Positions 46,819 through 59,493 are shown, counted from the first letter of the stretch. The stretch is 64,000 bases of DNA from an uncultured Hormoscilla sp. (GCA_963921275.4 OZ001293.3:1536001-1600000); one strand, 5' to 3'. Notes: generated by a model from the letters alone, not told the origin. Program-made: numbers and translations.

Positions 46819-48069
46819 CTAATAAATCATTGGTGGCGGTGCTTCCGGATCGGCTGCAAAAGCCAACCAGAGAGGAAATTGCAGCATGGACAGACTAACT
46901 TTATTTTCCGACTCATCCACGACAATGAGTGGTAGTTCCCCTTGCTTGTTCAAGCGCTCAGCTTTCACCGCCAAGGGTTCCGGTTCCTCAAACAGCACTA
47001 TACCCCCATCGGAACCAAAATCACTGCGAGAAATGCCCAGGCAATCTTGCAAACCCCGCCGCCATTCTCCCAGTCGTTCCGGCGAGTTTACCAAGATCAG
47101 ACTCCGCAGGTGATCGCCATACAGACTGCGCAACACCGAAATCACCGCCGAAGTAATCAGAATATTTTGCAAGCGACTCCCCATACTCTGCACTGCACCC
47201 TTGCCCCCTTGAGTAAAAAACCAATTCGATACACGTTCGGCATGAATTGGTTCAAAAGTGCGGCGCAACTGCCAAGCTGGACCATAGTAATCTGGTTGGG
47301 TGCAATATTGGTCCAAAATCCGGCGAATTTGCCTCCTTTGTTCCGTAAAACCCTGTGACGCAAACTGCGGACCCTCCGATGCTTCCTGACTGACTCTCCT
47401 GCCATCTGGCCGTACTGCTGGCGCTGTTTGAGGATATTCCGAGCGATCGCTCACCAATTGCAGCTGTTCTGCCGCGCTGGCCAACTCCTGTAAACTCCCC
47501 ACCAGATAGTCCTTAAACCCCTGAATTCTAATTGCCAGATCCTGGGATACCCCGGCAAAACTCGTGCGCATTTCCGATCGGATCCTCTCCGATCGCCTTT
47601 CCAACTGTTCTACATTAATTTGCAGCTTTTTCTTCCGTTGTTCTAACTCACTCACACCCTCTTGCACTAGCTTTCCCATCGCCGCTTGCGTAGATGCGAT
47701 CGCCTCTTGCCAGCGTTTCAATTCCGCTTCCTTAGCAGCTATCTGTTCTGTAAGTTCTCGTTCTTGCCGCTTTAAATCTGCTACTCGTTGCGCCAAACCA
47801 TCTACTTCATCCGACCTTGTCTCGTCAGATGCTTCTGCAGCAACTGCTGACTTTTCTGCTTCTAGGTTTTCGGACGCAGATGCTGGCACATCTGGAGATT
47901 CCACCTCTGTCTCTATCGTCGCTGCTTCTGGTGCTAACTCTTGTCCTTCACTATTGGGATCTCCCTCAGATGCTGAGTTTTCCTCTGCTGTCACTTGGTT
48001 ATTGTTTGCTTCCTCAACAGCTAAATTTTTATCTTCTTGTTCTGGGCTTGTGGTATGTTCTGAATTCAT
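46819..48069 (-). CDS. DUF3086 domain coiled-coil protein
   Basis: FAGVSQDLAIR and PDYYGPAWQLRR motifs; position upstream of plsY. Confidence 0.85.
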   Translation of the reverse strand: MNSEHTTSPEQEDKNLAVEEANNNQVTAEENSASEGDPNSEGQELAPEAATIETEVESPDVPASASENLEAEKSAVAAEASDETRSDEVDGLAQRVADLKRQERELTEQIAAKEAELKRWQEAIASTQAAMGKLVQEGVSELEQRKKKLQINVEQLERRSERIRSEMRTSFAGVSQDLAIRIQGFKDYLVGSLQELASAAEQLQLVSDRSEYPQTAPAVRPDGRRVSQEASEGPQFASQGFTEQRRQIRRILDQYCTQPDYYGPAWQLRRTFEPIHAERVSNWFFTQGGKGAVQSMGSRLQNILITSAVISVLRSLYGDHLRSLILVNSPERLGEWRRGLQDCLGISRSDFGSDGGIVLFEEPEPLAVKAERLNKQGELPLIVVDESENKVSLSMLQFPLWLAFAADPEAPPPMIY

Positions 48070-48137
48070 CTGGTAACTTGCGACTAACGACTATACTCCG
48101 AACGGTCATAAACTGCGCTTTTTGGGACAGTTAATAA

Positions 48138-48299
48138 TGTCATTGCGAGGGGAGGGAGATAATTGAGAGATCCTTGTGTTCCCTGAGTAACTCCCCCCGA
48201 AGCAATCTTCGGCAGTCCTGTTCTTTGGGAGATTGCTTCGGGGGGTCTTCCTGTTGTGCTGACCGCAGTTACTGCTGCCATAGCCCCCTCGCAATGACA
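48138..48299. repeat. REP/MITE-like element with nested inverted repeats
   Basis: TGTCATTGCGAGGGG ... CCCCTCGCAATGACA; inner CCCCCGAAGCAATCT / AGATTGCTTCGGGGG. Confidence 0.75.
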
Positions 48300-48378
48300 C
48301 CAACAATGCCTCTTTCGCGCAAGTCGATCCCTTTCAAAGTATAACAAATAATAGCATATCCTAAAATTACTCTCCGTT

Positions 48379-49243
<865 letters not shown>

Positions 49244-49252
49244 AATCCAATA

Positions 49253-49717
49253 CTATAACTCATTGATGCTTGACTTTAATGGATAGCGTTGTTCCAGACA
49301 AGTCCTCAGCATCTTGGGGTCAAACAGAATCGGCAAAAAGTGGATACTCTTGACCTCCTTAAAATAAAACAGGATGGGCACCGGATTCCAGAAAATCCGC
49401 CAGTTCTGCCAATCGCTGTAGGGAAAGCTTCGCAATTTAGTCGAGGTCAGGTAAACTTCCATTGCCTTGGGCGTGAATACCAGGCGGATCCTGGCCGTCT
49501 GAAACATTAAGAATAACCCCAACAGGGCGATCGGCAAGCTCAACCATACTTGTACCAATGCCAGGGCCGGGGCAGCAACTACCAACACCAAAGGCAGCTT
49601 ATAGCTAGGAGTTAGTTCAATTGTCTCAGTTGATTCAATAGTAGCAGTAGTAGTCACGGGCTTAATTCCTTTCTTTATTTCTCTAGCGGCTGGGCTGGGG
49701 CGGCTGGGCTGGCCCAT
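49253..49717 (-). CDS. DUF3119 family protein (true start probably near 49657)
   Basis: LFYFKEVKSIHFLPILFD motif. Confidence 0.85.
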   Translation of the reverse strand: MGQPSRPSPAAREIKKGIKPVTTTATIESTETIELTPSYKLPLVLVVAAPALALVQVWLSLPIALLGLFLMFQTARIRLVFTPKAMEVYLTSTKLRSFPYSDWQNWRIFWNPVPILFYFKEVKSIHFLPILFDPKMLRTCLEQRYPLKSSINEL

Positions 49718-49732
49718 AGGGATGGGTTAAGT

Positions 49733-50500
49733 TCAGACATTTCCCAGGGAAGAGGAGCCCAGTCCTTGAAAGAGCAACCAGGAAAGAAAGAAGTTAGCAA
49801 TAAAGATCGCCAACATCGCAGTTACCACAGCCGTTGTGGTAGATTGTCCCACACCCTTGGCTCCACCAGTGGTAGTCAAGCCCCAGCTGCAACCGATCAC
49901 TGCCAGTAAGGCACCGAAGACAACAGCTTTAATCATCGCACTGACAATATCCCAAGGCTGTAGGAAATTACGGACAGAATCTAGAAATAGGGACGAGACG
50001 ATTCTAAAATTAGCGCTTGCCACCAGCAGTCCCCCCGCCAGACCTGTAATCAAGGATAGAATCGTCAACAGCGGCAGCATCAGGCAACATGCTATCACCC
50101 GGGGGATGACTAAGTAATCAACCGGGTCGGTTTTCAGCATATAGAGGGCGTCGATCTGTTCGGTTACCTGCATGGTACCGATTTCCGCCGCAAAGGCCGA
50201 ACCGACCCGGCCCGCTAACACCACTGCTGTGAGTACCGGTGCTAGTTCTCGGGCTAAGGCCAGGGCCAGAACCCCGCCCACCGCCGCCGTCGCGCCAAAG
50301 TTGATAAATTCTCGTGCTACCTGAATGGTAAACACCATGCCCACAGAGCCCATCGTCATCAGAGTGATCGACAAGCTCGCCGGACCTACCAATGCCATTT
50401 GTTCCAGGGTGTTGCGGCGGTTAATCTTACCGGCAAATATATGCACTAGCACTTGTCCTGCCAATAAAACCGCCGCTAGTAACCGCTTACCCCATGCCAT
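49733..50500 (-). CDS. MlaE family lipid ABC transporter permease
   Basis: RELAPVLTA, AEIGTMQVTEQIDAL and GAKGVG motifs. Confidence 0.92.
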   Translation of the reverse strand: MAWGKRLLAAVLLAGQVLVHIFAGKINRRNTLEQMALVGPASLSITLMTMGSVGMVFTIQVAREFINFGATAAVGGVLALALARELAPVLTAVVLAGRVGSAFAAEIGTMQVTEQIDALYMLKTDPVDYLVIPRVIACCLMLPLLTILSLITGLAGGLLVASANFRIVSSLFLDSVRNFLQPWDIVSAMIKAVVFGALLAVIGCSWGLTTTGGAKGVGQSTTTAVVTAMLAIFIANFFLSWLLFQGLGSSSLGNV

Positions 50501-50810
50501 AAGCTACAACTCCATTTTCCCGCTCGGCTCGATCGGCTGTTTGGGCTCGATCGCCTTGGTCTATCATAGCGCTCTTATTTACGTTCTGTAATATTCTATC
50601 ATTTTTTACTCATTAGCAAAAATATCCTTATTTTGACTCTCAAGGTAAAAATATTAAAATTTTGCTACATATCTTCACAAAGATTTGGTAAGTAAAATTT
50701 AAGATTTATAAACTCTCGGTAATGGTATGGCATTGAGGCGTATGGTAGAGAAACGGGTGCAGCAAGTGACCTGCATCCAGAATAGTCAATTTAACTGGAG
50801 TAACATAGAA

Positions 50811-51104
50811 ATGAGCAGCTTGCCGGTTTTTATCCGCTCCCTGCTGTTGACAACTGTCCTCAGTTTTGTCGCCCCCCTGGTGTTAATTAGTGGCATAATG
50901 GTAAGTATATTCCTGAGTGGTTATCTGCCGGGCATGGCAGGAATCTCTCAAGCGGGGGCAACAATAGTCTGGAATTTTTTGGCGACCTTCGGCAGTGGAT
51001 GTCCCATGGAAGGACTGGTGACGATCGGTCTGGCCTGTAGTTTTGTGGGAGCCTTGTTTGATACCTACGCTTTCTATCGCAATCAAATCCTCCATGGCAA
51101 TTAA
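50811..51104 (+). CDS. Small hypothetical membrane protein
   Basis: SFVAP...FLATFGSG...VGALFDTY; ATG at 50811. Confidence 0.65.
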   Translation: MSSLPVFIRSLLLTTVLSFVAPLVLISGIMVSIFLSGYLPGMAGISQAGATIVWNFLATFGSGCPMEGLVTIGLACSFVGALFDTYAFYRNQILHGN

Positions 51105-51619
51105 CGTGGCACCAAATAGGGTATTGGCCATGATATTTGGGGTCGAGTTGGCCCCAAATTTGTGCTCCGATCCTAGAGTGAGGAGTAATTCTTATGGGAG
51201 ATAAAAAGAGCAGACCTGTGTTGAGATTGAGATCGTGGTGGTCCTTGCTAGCGCTCGTCATGTTGTTGGCTTGGGGAACTCTCCCCACAACGACGAGCAC
51301 CCGGTTACCGTTCGGCCTGGGATTGCAAAATTCGACAGATCCAACAGCCGATCGCATCGGCCAGGATCTGGAACGAATAGAAAAGCAAGTCCGAGAATTC
51401 ACTCTGGACAATGGGTTAAAATTCATTGTCATGGAACGCCATCAAGCGCCAATTATATCATTCATTACCTATGTAAATGTCGGGTGTGTGAATGAACCAG
51501 TTGGGAAAACGAGGGTGGCTCACTATTTAGATCATTTAGCTTTCAAAGGTACTACTCGCATCGGCACCAAATATTACGCAGCCGAAAAACCTCTACTAAT
51601 TAAACTGGATCGATTATTC

Positions 51620-53795
51620 GTTGGTGTCTTTAGTTTTTCGCCACCTTTGAGCGGTTGTGTAAGGCATGATCTCGTTGGACGACAAGGAAGAATAACGTCA
51701 GATAGCTGTGCTCATTCGGGAAAGCTCCTATTTCATCAGACTTCCTGGGAAACTTTCCAAGCGTTCGAGTAAGTTAGAGGTTCTCATCCTACAATGTAAC
51801 TCAGGCGCCAATTGGTAGAAAGTCAAGGTCAACTCAAGAGCTCTCTGGAACCTTTGCACTGCCTTATATTCCAGAACTTCCCACTTCAGGAAAAACGCTG
51901 CCAAGCGCTGTTGTGCTTCCTGTGAGCGAGGGCGCAGCGTAAAGAGCATAAGCATCATTTTGAAGAGGATAACGACGCTGTTGTTTGGCTTGGGAGTGAG
52001 TTAGCTGTTGTCCCATCTCATCATGTTCGGGGAGTTGTTGATAGCTCAGATCGTCTTGGAGCCGTCCCACAAGGTGGGTGATGCATCGCTGTTGCTTGGC
52101 CTTGGGCAGATGTTTGGTCATGGCAGCAGGCAAACCTAAAGTCCCATCACTCACAACTACTTCAACAATTTCTGCTTGCAGACCCCATGCCATTAAGTTT
52201 TATATGAAGTTTTCCCAGGCCAGGATGTCAAGACAGTTGGGCAATTTCGTAATGTATAAGTTGGTAGCTGCCATCTGGCCAGACAGCCATCGCCGCCAAA
52301 ATTACACGCTCTTGAGCTTGCCCCATCTGGCGGAGATGTCCTGCAGGGTCTACTTTGGATGGGGTCGAGCCGGGAATCGCTTCCCGACCCTCCCTTGAGG
52401 AACCGGACTTGCGATTTTCACCGCATCCGGCTACTGGGTACTAGGCCCTTTTCATAGGTAGACTTAATAGGAATTACTTCCGTTAGCCCTTGCCGCCTGT
52501 CTTTTCTTCCCTTTCCTGGTTTAGCGAGTGGTTGTTCTGATAACCGTTAGTATCACCATTTTCAAGTCAGTTTTACCAGTTATCCATACCTTATCCTCCA
52601 CTTGCGTTTCGGATTAGTTCCGTGGCTTTTTAGGATTACTCATTCCAGCAGCTTCCTAGTATCACCGACCCACGTCAGCGCTGGCTACCCAGCATCATCT
52701 ACATTACTGTAGATGTTATCCCAGGAATTACCCCGGGCATTCGCTTCTTGGGCCATCCCTCCCCCCGTGGCTTGCGCTTAACATCTAACTTGTCCTGATG
52801 GACAGCACACGAGAGGTTACTTCGTTCCCTAACAACATTTCGCGATACCTTTAGGTCCACACTATACCCCGGGAGCTATTTGAGTACTATATTAGCCAGA
52901 GTCTAAAACTAATACTAGCTACCATTTCCTTTTTAGGCCAGCGCATATAGCCTTATTTCGCTGGTTCCTTATAACGAGGCTTGCACATGTTTGCCTGCTC
53001 TAACCTTGGATATCTTTCCTAGCGGCGTCACCGGCTTAGGCTGCCAGTTATCCTACATTTGAGTCCTCGCTTAGCACCACGATGATGTCGCTTCGTAGCA
53101 CCGAGGACCGGTGTCACCCCCGTACCTGGGGGGAGGGGAATTTAACCCCCATGCGGTCAGAGTTCCCGGCTAATGAAACCGGGCTAGCGTTCCGTGTTTG
53201 ACCACGTTAGGCTAGAACGAATCGCACAAACTCTTCAAGGGTATATTGGATGTCCACCCAGACCCCATCTACAATCAAGATGGGGGGCGTCTTCTCAATC
53301 ACCGATTGACGATGTTTATCCATTTGCTGTTGAGCTTGTAAAGTAATAGGATTGATGGCACTCACAGATAGGACACTGCCCAGAAGAGGATAAAGTGCCT
53401 CTTGCAAGTCCCTGAAGGATAAACCCATCACATACAGACATAACCCCAAGTGAGCGAGATTCTACCTAGTAACCACAGCTTATGTGCGAGCATCACAAAT
53501 TTATTAAATTGACGCCGCAACTTTTTTCAATCGAGGACATTTAGGCATTCTGAGAACAACATTTTCACTCCTAGGGCGAGAAACCGTGATTCTTTCGTAG
53601 AAAGTTGCACCGAAGCGTTAAATTGATATACTGCTGTGGGAGAGCCCTCACTGCAGGCTATCGGGCCAAATCGCCAGAACCATTGAACCATAAGGGTTGA
53701 GCACCAGAATAGCCATTTTTCGATGTGTAATTTAAATGCGCGACAGCTTACTCCCATTAACAAAGGTAAGGTGGCGAAGAATTCCAGACACCAAT
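51620..53795 (-). mobile_element. IS256-like element (~1.3 kb without its intron), degraded
   Basis: 8-bp duplication GATTATTC (51612-51619, 53796-53803); imperfect IRs TTGGTGTCT...TTCGCCACCTT; LIVDG, VVSDG and QRCITH motifs. Confidence 0.85.
52357..53227 (-). mobile_element. ORF-less group II intron (871 nt) inside the IS256-like transposase gene
   Basis: GTGCG start; D5 AGCCGGATGCGGTGAAAATCGCAAGTCCGGTT; ends ACCCCATCC; EBS1 AGACTC pairs GAGTTT; splicing gives YTLEEF|KVDPAGH in frame. Confidence 0.92.
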
Positions 53796-55062
53796 GATTA
53801 TTCGATCGAATAAAGTCAGTCCAAACAGCCGGAGATGGGGCAAAATTGGCGGAAATCCAGGAGGAGTTCGAGCGGGTGCGATCGCAGGCATCAAGTTACG
53901 TAAAGCAAAATGAATTCGGTCAAATTATCGAGCGGGCAGGGGGAGTAGGACTGAATGCGACGACTTCGGCAGATGCCACCCGCTATTTCTTCAGCTTACC
54001 ATCCAATAAGCTAGAACTGTGGAGGTCTCTGGAGTCGGAAAGGTTTGGCGATCCGGTGTTTCGGGAGTTTTTTGCCGAGAAAGAGGTGATCCTGGAAGAA
54101 AGACGCCTGCGCACGGATAACTCTCCTATGGGTAAGATGATAGAAGCATTTCAAGATACTGCTTTCCAAGAACATCCCTATGGCCGTCCCATAATTGGTT
54201 ATGAACAAGATATCCGCAACCTGACGCGGCAAGATGTAGAAGAATTCTTTGCAACTTATTACATGCCTGGCAACATGACAGTGGCAATCGTGGGAGATGT
54301 GGATCTGGCAGAAGTGAAGCGGTTAGCGGAAATTTACTTTGGGAGCTATCAAGATAAACAGTTACCAAAAGATAAAATCCCAGAGTAACCGCCGCAAACA
54401 AAAACGAAGGAAGTGACGGTAGAGTTTCCTTCTCAACCCTGGTATTTGGAAGGGTATCATCGCCCAGCCATGAAGCATCCAGATAATGTAGTTTATGAAA
54501 TGATTGGCAGCATTCTCAGTGACGGTCGCACATCACGGCTATATAAGTCTCTGGTAGAAAAGCAGCAAGTAGCCCTGGGAGCAGCAGGTGAGAGTGGTTT
54601 CCCTGGGAATAAGTATCCTAATTTGATGCTGTTCTATGCCGTGACTGCACCCGGTCGTACTGTAGAAGAGGTAGCGGCAGCTTTACAGACAGAAATTGCC
54701 CGCCTGAAAACGGAACCGGTTTCCCAAACAGAATTAGACCGGGTGAAAACTCAAGCAAGGGCAGGTCTGTTGCGGGCGATCGGGTCTAACGCCGGTCTAG
54801 CTAGTTTGTTAGTAGAGTACGAAGCGAAAACGGGTTCTTGGCGGAACCTGTTCCGAGAAATAGATATGATTGAAAAGGTAACGGCAGCAGATATCCAGCG
54901 AGTCGCCCAGGCTACCTTTACCCAGAAAACCGGACAGTGGGGCGTCTGTTACCAAAATCTTAAGCAATTCTCTCATGCAAAATTCGTAGGTTGGGTTTCG
55001 TGCCTCAACCCAACCCCGCCGACGTTGGGTTTCTTCCCGTTATCAATTTTAACCGACTCAAG

Positions 55063-55917
55063 CTAAGGGTGGTCTTGAGAGTACTGCTGGACTTCTTCTA
55101 TGGTCAAGCTCAGGGTTTGGGCGACCTGCTCGGCGGTTAAGCCAAGAGCTAATAATCTGGGAACTGCTGCTCTTTGAGCCTGTTCAGCCCGAAAAGCCCG
55201 CTCCTGTTGTTGGTCCGCACGCTCTCGTTCGCGTTCGGCTCGTTCTTCTCCCAGCAGTAAGAGATTTCCCTGGGAGTCCCACCACCGCATCCACGGTTGA
55301 TTTTGGTTCTGATAGAAACCCCGCCATACTCCTAGTTCTACTCCCAAGGGCGGTATGGGATAATGTCCTCGTTCATTGGGTCTCATCTGCTGGTAAGATC
55401 CCCCTTGCAACTCATAGAATTCTAATGAACCGCTATTGACAAAATAGATGCCATAATAGGGAATATTCAATATTTGCTCGTAAACCCAGAATTTTCCCGG
55501 CTTGATGAGATTACCTTCCGAGTCGCGAGCCATTGGTGTATTGTTACGTTTGGCAGAACCATTACCACTGGCAAACTCTAAGACAATCTGCGGTATGGTC
55601 GGTTCCTTCCATAACACGTAGGAACGGCGAATCTGGGAGTCAATCAAGGGGGGCACCCCTGGTACATAGAACCAGTCCGGTGCTACGGCCCCTGCTTCTG
55701 GCGGATCTGCTTGGATCCAGTAGATACCGCAGTCTTGCCCGATCGCATATTGTCCGTCGGGGTGAAGTTGTCGTAATACTGGTCCAATTGAATCTGTGAG
55801 AATCAGGCTTTGGGGATGTTCTTGAAAATTCTTCACAAATGTGCCATCCGACTCTGGTAGCTGGGTGTGGTCTGGTAAAATCGGAGTCTTTACTATTTTT
55901 TCTGCTGTGGTGACCAT
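55063..55917 (-). CDS. Uma2 family endonuclease, array copy 1
   Basis: APDWFYVPGV, VLEFASG and GKFWVYE motifs. Confidence 0.88.
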   Translation of the reverse strand: MVTTAEKIVKTPILPDHTQLPESDGTFVKNFQEHPQSLILTDSIGPVLRQLHPDGQYAIGQDCGIYWIQADPPEAGAVAPDWFYVPGVPPLIDSQIRRSYVLWKEPTIPQIVLEFASGNGSAKRNNTPMARDSEGNLIKPGKFWVYEQILNIPYYGIYFVNSGSLEFYELQGGSYQQMRPNERGHYPIPPLGVELGVWRGFYQNQNQPWMRWWDSQGNLLLLGEERAERERERADQQQERAFRAEQAQRAAVPRLLALGLTAEQVAQTLSLTIEEVQQYSQDHP

Positions 55918-55947
55918 AGGATTTTACACTTATTTAGGTGATGCTGT

Positions 55948-56835
55948 TTATTGAGAGTATTGCTGGACTTCTTCAATGGTCAAGCTCAGGGTTTGGGCGA
56001 CCTGCTCGGAGCTTAAGCCAAGAGCTAATAATTTGGGAATTGCTGCTCTTTGAGCCTGTTCAGCCCGAAATGCCCGCTCCTGTTGTTGCTCCGCTCGCTC
56101 CTGTTGTTGCTCCGCACGCTCTCGCTCACGGTCCGCACGCTCTCGTTCGCGTTCCGCCCGCTCTTCTCCCAGTAGTAATAGATTTCCCCGCTCGTCCCAC
56201 CACCGCATCCACGGCTGATTTTGGTTTTGATAAAAACCCCGCCAGACTCCTAGTTCTACTCCCAAGGGCGGTATGGGATAATGTCCCCGTTCATTGGGTC
56301 TCATCAGCTGGTAAGATCCCCCCTGCAACTCATAGAATTCTAAAGCACCGCTATTGACAAAATAGATGCCATAATAGGGAATCTTCATGACTTGCTCGTA
56401 AACCCAGAATTTTCCCGCCTTTATTAGATTACCTTCAGCATCGCGAGATATAGGTGTATTGTTACGTTCGGGAGAACCATTACCACTGGCAAACTCTAAG
56501 ACAATCTGCGGTATGGTCGGTTCCTTCCATAACACGTAGGAACGGCGAATCTGGGAGTCAATCATGGGGGGCACCCCTGGTACATAGAACCAGTCCGGTG
56601 CTACTGCTCCTGCTTCTGGCGGGTCTGTTCGAGTCCAGTAGATACCGCAGTCTTGCCCGATCGCATATTGTCCGTCCGGGTGCAGTTGTCGTAAAACTGG
56701 TCCTAGAGAATCCGTCAGGATCAGGCTTTGGGGATGTTCTTGAAAGTTCTTCACAAAAGTACCATCCGACTCTGGTAGCTGGGTATGATCCGGTAAAATC
56801 GGAGTCTTTACTGTTTTTGCTGCTGTGGTGACCAT
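55948..56835 (-). CDS. Uma2 family endonuclease, array copy 2
   Basis: Tandem paralog. Confidence 0.88.
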   Translation of the reverse strand: MVTTAAKTVKTPILPDHTQLPESDGTFVKNFQEHPQSLILTDSLGPVLRQLHPDGQYAIGQDCGIYWTRTDPPEAGAVAPDWFYVPGVPPMIDSQIRRSYVLWKEPTIPQIVLEFASGNGSPERNNTPISRDAEGNLIKAGKFWVYEQVMKIPYYGIYFVNSGALEFYELQGGSYQLMRPNERGHYPIPPLGVELGVWRGFYQNQNQPWMRWWDERGNLLLLGEERAERERERADRERERAEQQQERAEQQQERAFRAEQAQRAAIPKLLALGLSSEQVAQTLSLTIEEVQQYSQ

Positions 56836-56865
56836 AGGATTTTACACTTATTTAGGTGATGCTGT

Positions 56866-57690
56866 TTATTGAGAGTATTGCTGGACTTCTTCAATGGTCA
56901 AGCTCAGGGTTTGGGCTACCTGTTCGGCGGTTAAGCCAAGAGCTAATAATCTGGGAACTGCTGCTCTTTGAGCCTGTTCAGCCCTTTCAGCACGCTCTCG
57001 TTCGCGTTCGGCTCGTTCTTCTCCCAGTAGTAATAGATTTCCCTGGGAGTCCCACCACCGCATCCACGGCTGATTTTGGTTTTGATACAAACCCCGCCAT
57101 ACTCCTAGTTCTACTCCCAAGGGCGGTATGGGATAATGTCCCCGTTCATTAGGTCTGTGAAGCTGGTAAGACCCGGACTGCAACTCATAGAATTCTAAAG
57201 CACCGCTATTGACAAAATAGATGCCATAATAGGGAATCTTGATGACTTGCTCGTAAACCCAGAATTTTCCCGCCTTAATTAGATTACCTTCAGCATCGCG
57301 AGATATAGCGGTATTGTTACGTTCAGCGGCACCATTACCACTGGCAAACTCTAAGACAATCTGCGGTATGGTCGGTTCCTTCCATAACACGTAGGAACGG
57401 CGAATCTGGGAGTCAATCAAGGGGGGCACCCCTGGTACATAGAACCAGTCCGGTGCTACTGCTCCTGCTTCTGGCGGGTCTGTTCGAGTCCAGTAGATAC
57501 CGCAGTCTTGCCCGATCGCATATTGTCCGTCGGGGTGAAGTTGTCGTAATACTGGTCCAATTGAATCTGTGAGAATCAGGCTTTGGGGATGTTCTTGAAA
57601 ATTCTTCACAAATGTGCCATCCGACTCTGGTAGCTGGGTGTGGTCTGGTAAAATCGGAGTCTTTACTATTTTTTCTGCTGTGGTGACCAT
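56866..57690 (-). CDS. Uma2 family endonuclease, array copy 3
   Basis: Tandem paralog. Confidence 0.88.
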   Translation of the reverse strand: MVTTAEKIVKTPILPDHTQLPESDGTFVKNFQEHPQSLILTDSIGPVLRQLHPDGQYAIGQDCGIYWTRTDPPEAGAVAPDWFYVPGVPPLIDSQIRRSYVLWKEPTIPQIVLEFASGNGAAERNNTAISRDAEGNLIKAGKFWVYEQVIKIPYYGIYFVNSGALEFYELQSGSYQLHRPNERGHYPIPPLGVELGVWRGLYQNQNQPWMRWWDSQGNLLLLGEERAERERERAERAEQAQRAAVPRLLALGLTAEQVAQTLSLTIEEVQQYSQ

Positions 57691-57720
57691 AGGATTTTAC
57701 ACTTATTTAGGTGATGCTGT

Positions 57721-58608
57721 TTATTGAGAGTATTGCTGGACTTCTTCAATGGTCAAGCTCAGGGTTTGGGCGACCTGCTCGGAGCTTAAGCCAAGAGCTA
57801 ATAATTTGGGAATTGCTGCTCTTTGAGCCTGTTCAGCCCGAAATGCCCGCTCCTGTTGTTGCTCCGCTCGCTCCTGTTGTTGCTCCGCACGCTCTCGCTC
57901 ACGGTCCGCACGCTCTCGTTCGCGTTCCGCCCGCTCTTCTCCCAGTAGTAATAGATTTCCCCGCTCGTCCCACCACCGCATCCACGGCTGATTTTGGTTT
58001 TGATAAAAACCCCGCCAGACTCCTAGTTCTACTCCCAAGGGCGGTATGGGATAATGTCCCCGTTCATTGGGTCTCATCAGCTGGTAAGATCCCCCCTGCA
58101 ACTCATAGAATTCTAAAGCACCGCTATTGACAAAATAGATGCCATAATAGGGAATCTTCATGACTTGCTCGTAAACCCAGAATTTTCCCGCCTTTATTAG
58201 ATTACCTTCAGCATCGCGAGATATAGGTGTATTGTTACGTTCGGGAGAACCATTACCACTGGCAAACTCTAAGACAATCTGCGGTATGGTCGGTTCCTTC
58301 CATAACACGTAGGAACGGCGAATCTGGGAGTCAATCATGGGGGGCACCCCTGGTACATAGAACCAGTCCGGTGCTACTGCTCCTGCTTCTGGCGGGTCTG
58401 TTCGAGTCCAGTAGATACCGCAGTCTTGCCCGATCGCATATTGTCCGTCCGGGTGCAGTTGTCGTAAAACTGGTCCTAGAGAATCCGTCAGGATCAGGCT
58501 TTGGGGATGTTCTTGAAAGTTCTTCACAAAAGTACCATCCGACTCTGGTAGCTGGGTATGATCCGGTAAAATCGGAGTCTTTACTGTTTTTGCTGCTGTG
58601 GTGACCAT
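57721..58608 (-). CDS. Uma2 family endonuclease, array copy 4
   Basis: Protein identical to copy 2; offset 1773 bp. Confidence 0.85.
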   Translation of the reverse strand: MVTTAAKTVKTPILPDHTQLPESDGTFVKNFQEHPQSLILTDSLGPVLRQLHPDGQYAIGQDCGIYWTRTDPPEAGAVAPDWFYVPGVPPMIDSQIRRSYVLWKEPTIPQIVLEFASGNGSPERNNTPISRDAEGNLIKAGKFWVYEQVMKIPYYGIYFVNSGALEFYELQGGSYQLMRPNERGHYPIPPLGVELGVWRGFYQNQNQPWMRWWDERGNLLLLGEERAERERERADRERERAEQQQERAEQQQERAFRAEQAQRAAIPKLLALGLSSEQVAQTLSLTIEEVQQYSQ

Positions 58609-58638
58609 AGGATTTTACACTTATTTAGGTGATGCTGT

Positions 58639-59463
58639 TTATTGAGAGTATTGCTGGACTTCTTCAATGGTCAAGCTCAGGGTTTGGGCTACCTGTTCGG
58701 CGGTTAAGCCAAGAGCTAATAATCTGGGAACTGCTGCTCTTTGAGCCTGTTCAGCCCTTTCAGCACGCTCTCGTTCGCGTTCGGCTCGTTCTTCTCCCAG
58801 TAGTAATAGATTTCCCTGGGAGTCCCACCACCGCATCCACGGCTGATTTTGGTTTTGATACAAACCCCGCCATACTCCTAGTTCTACTCCCAAGGGCGGT
58901 ATGGGATAATGTCCCCGTTCATTAGGTCTGTGAAGCTGGTAAGACCCGGACTGCAACTCATAGAATTCTAAAGCACCGCTATTGACAAAATAGATGCCAT
59001 AATAGGGAATCTTGATGACTTGCTCGTAAACCCAGAATTTTCCCGCCTTAATTAGATTACCTTCAGCATCGCGAGATATAGCGGTATTGTTACGTTCAGC
59101 GGCACCATTACCACTGGCAAACTCTAAGACAATCTGCGGTATGGTCGGTTCCTTCCATAACACGTAGGAACGGCGAATCTGGGAGTCAATCAAGGGGGGC
59201 ACCCCTGGTACATAGAACCAGTCCGGTGCTACTGCTCCTGCTTCTGGCGGGTCTGTTCGAGTCCAGTAGATACCGCAGTCTTGCCCGATCGCATATTGTC
59301 CATCCGGGTGCAGTTGTCGTAAAACTGGTCCTAGAGAATCCGTCAGGATCAGGCTTTGGGGATGTTCTTGAAAGTTCTTCACAAAAGTACCATCCGATTC
59401 TGGTAGCAGGGTGTGATCTGGTAAAATCGGAGTCTTTACTATTTTTTCTGCTGTGGTGACCAT
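58639..59463 (-). CDS. Uma2 family endonuclease, array copy 5
   Basis: Differs from copy 3 by 2 aa. Confidence 0.85.
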   Translation of the reverse strand: MVTTAEKIVKTPILPDHTLLPESDGTFVKNFQEHPQSLILTDSLGPVLRQLHPDGQYAIGQDCGIYWTRTDPPEAGAVAPDWFYVPGVPPLIDSQIRRSYVLWKEPTIPQIVLEFASGNGAAERNNTAISRDAEGNLIKAGKFWVYEQVIKIPYYGIYFVNSGALEFYELQSGSYQLHRPNERGHYPIPPLGVELGVWRGLYQNQNQPWMRWWDSQGNLLLLGEERAERERERAERAEQAQRAAVPRLLALGLTAEQVAQTLSLTIEEVQQYSQ

Positions 59464-59493
59464 AGGATTTTACACTTATTTAGGTAATGGTGT

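Larger units (their letters stand above)
51194..55066 (+). pseudogene. M16 (pitrilysin-like) peptidase interrupted by an IS256-like element
   Basis: HYLDH where HxxEH is expected; LNATTS and ERRLR motifs; frame restored on IS removal (LDRLF-DRIKS); in-frame TAA at 54386-54388. Confidence 0.88.
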
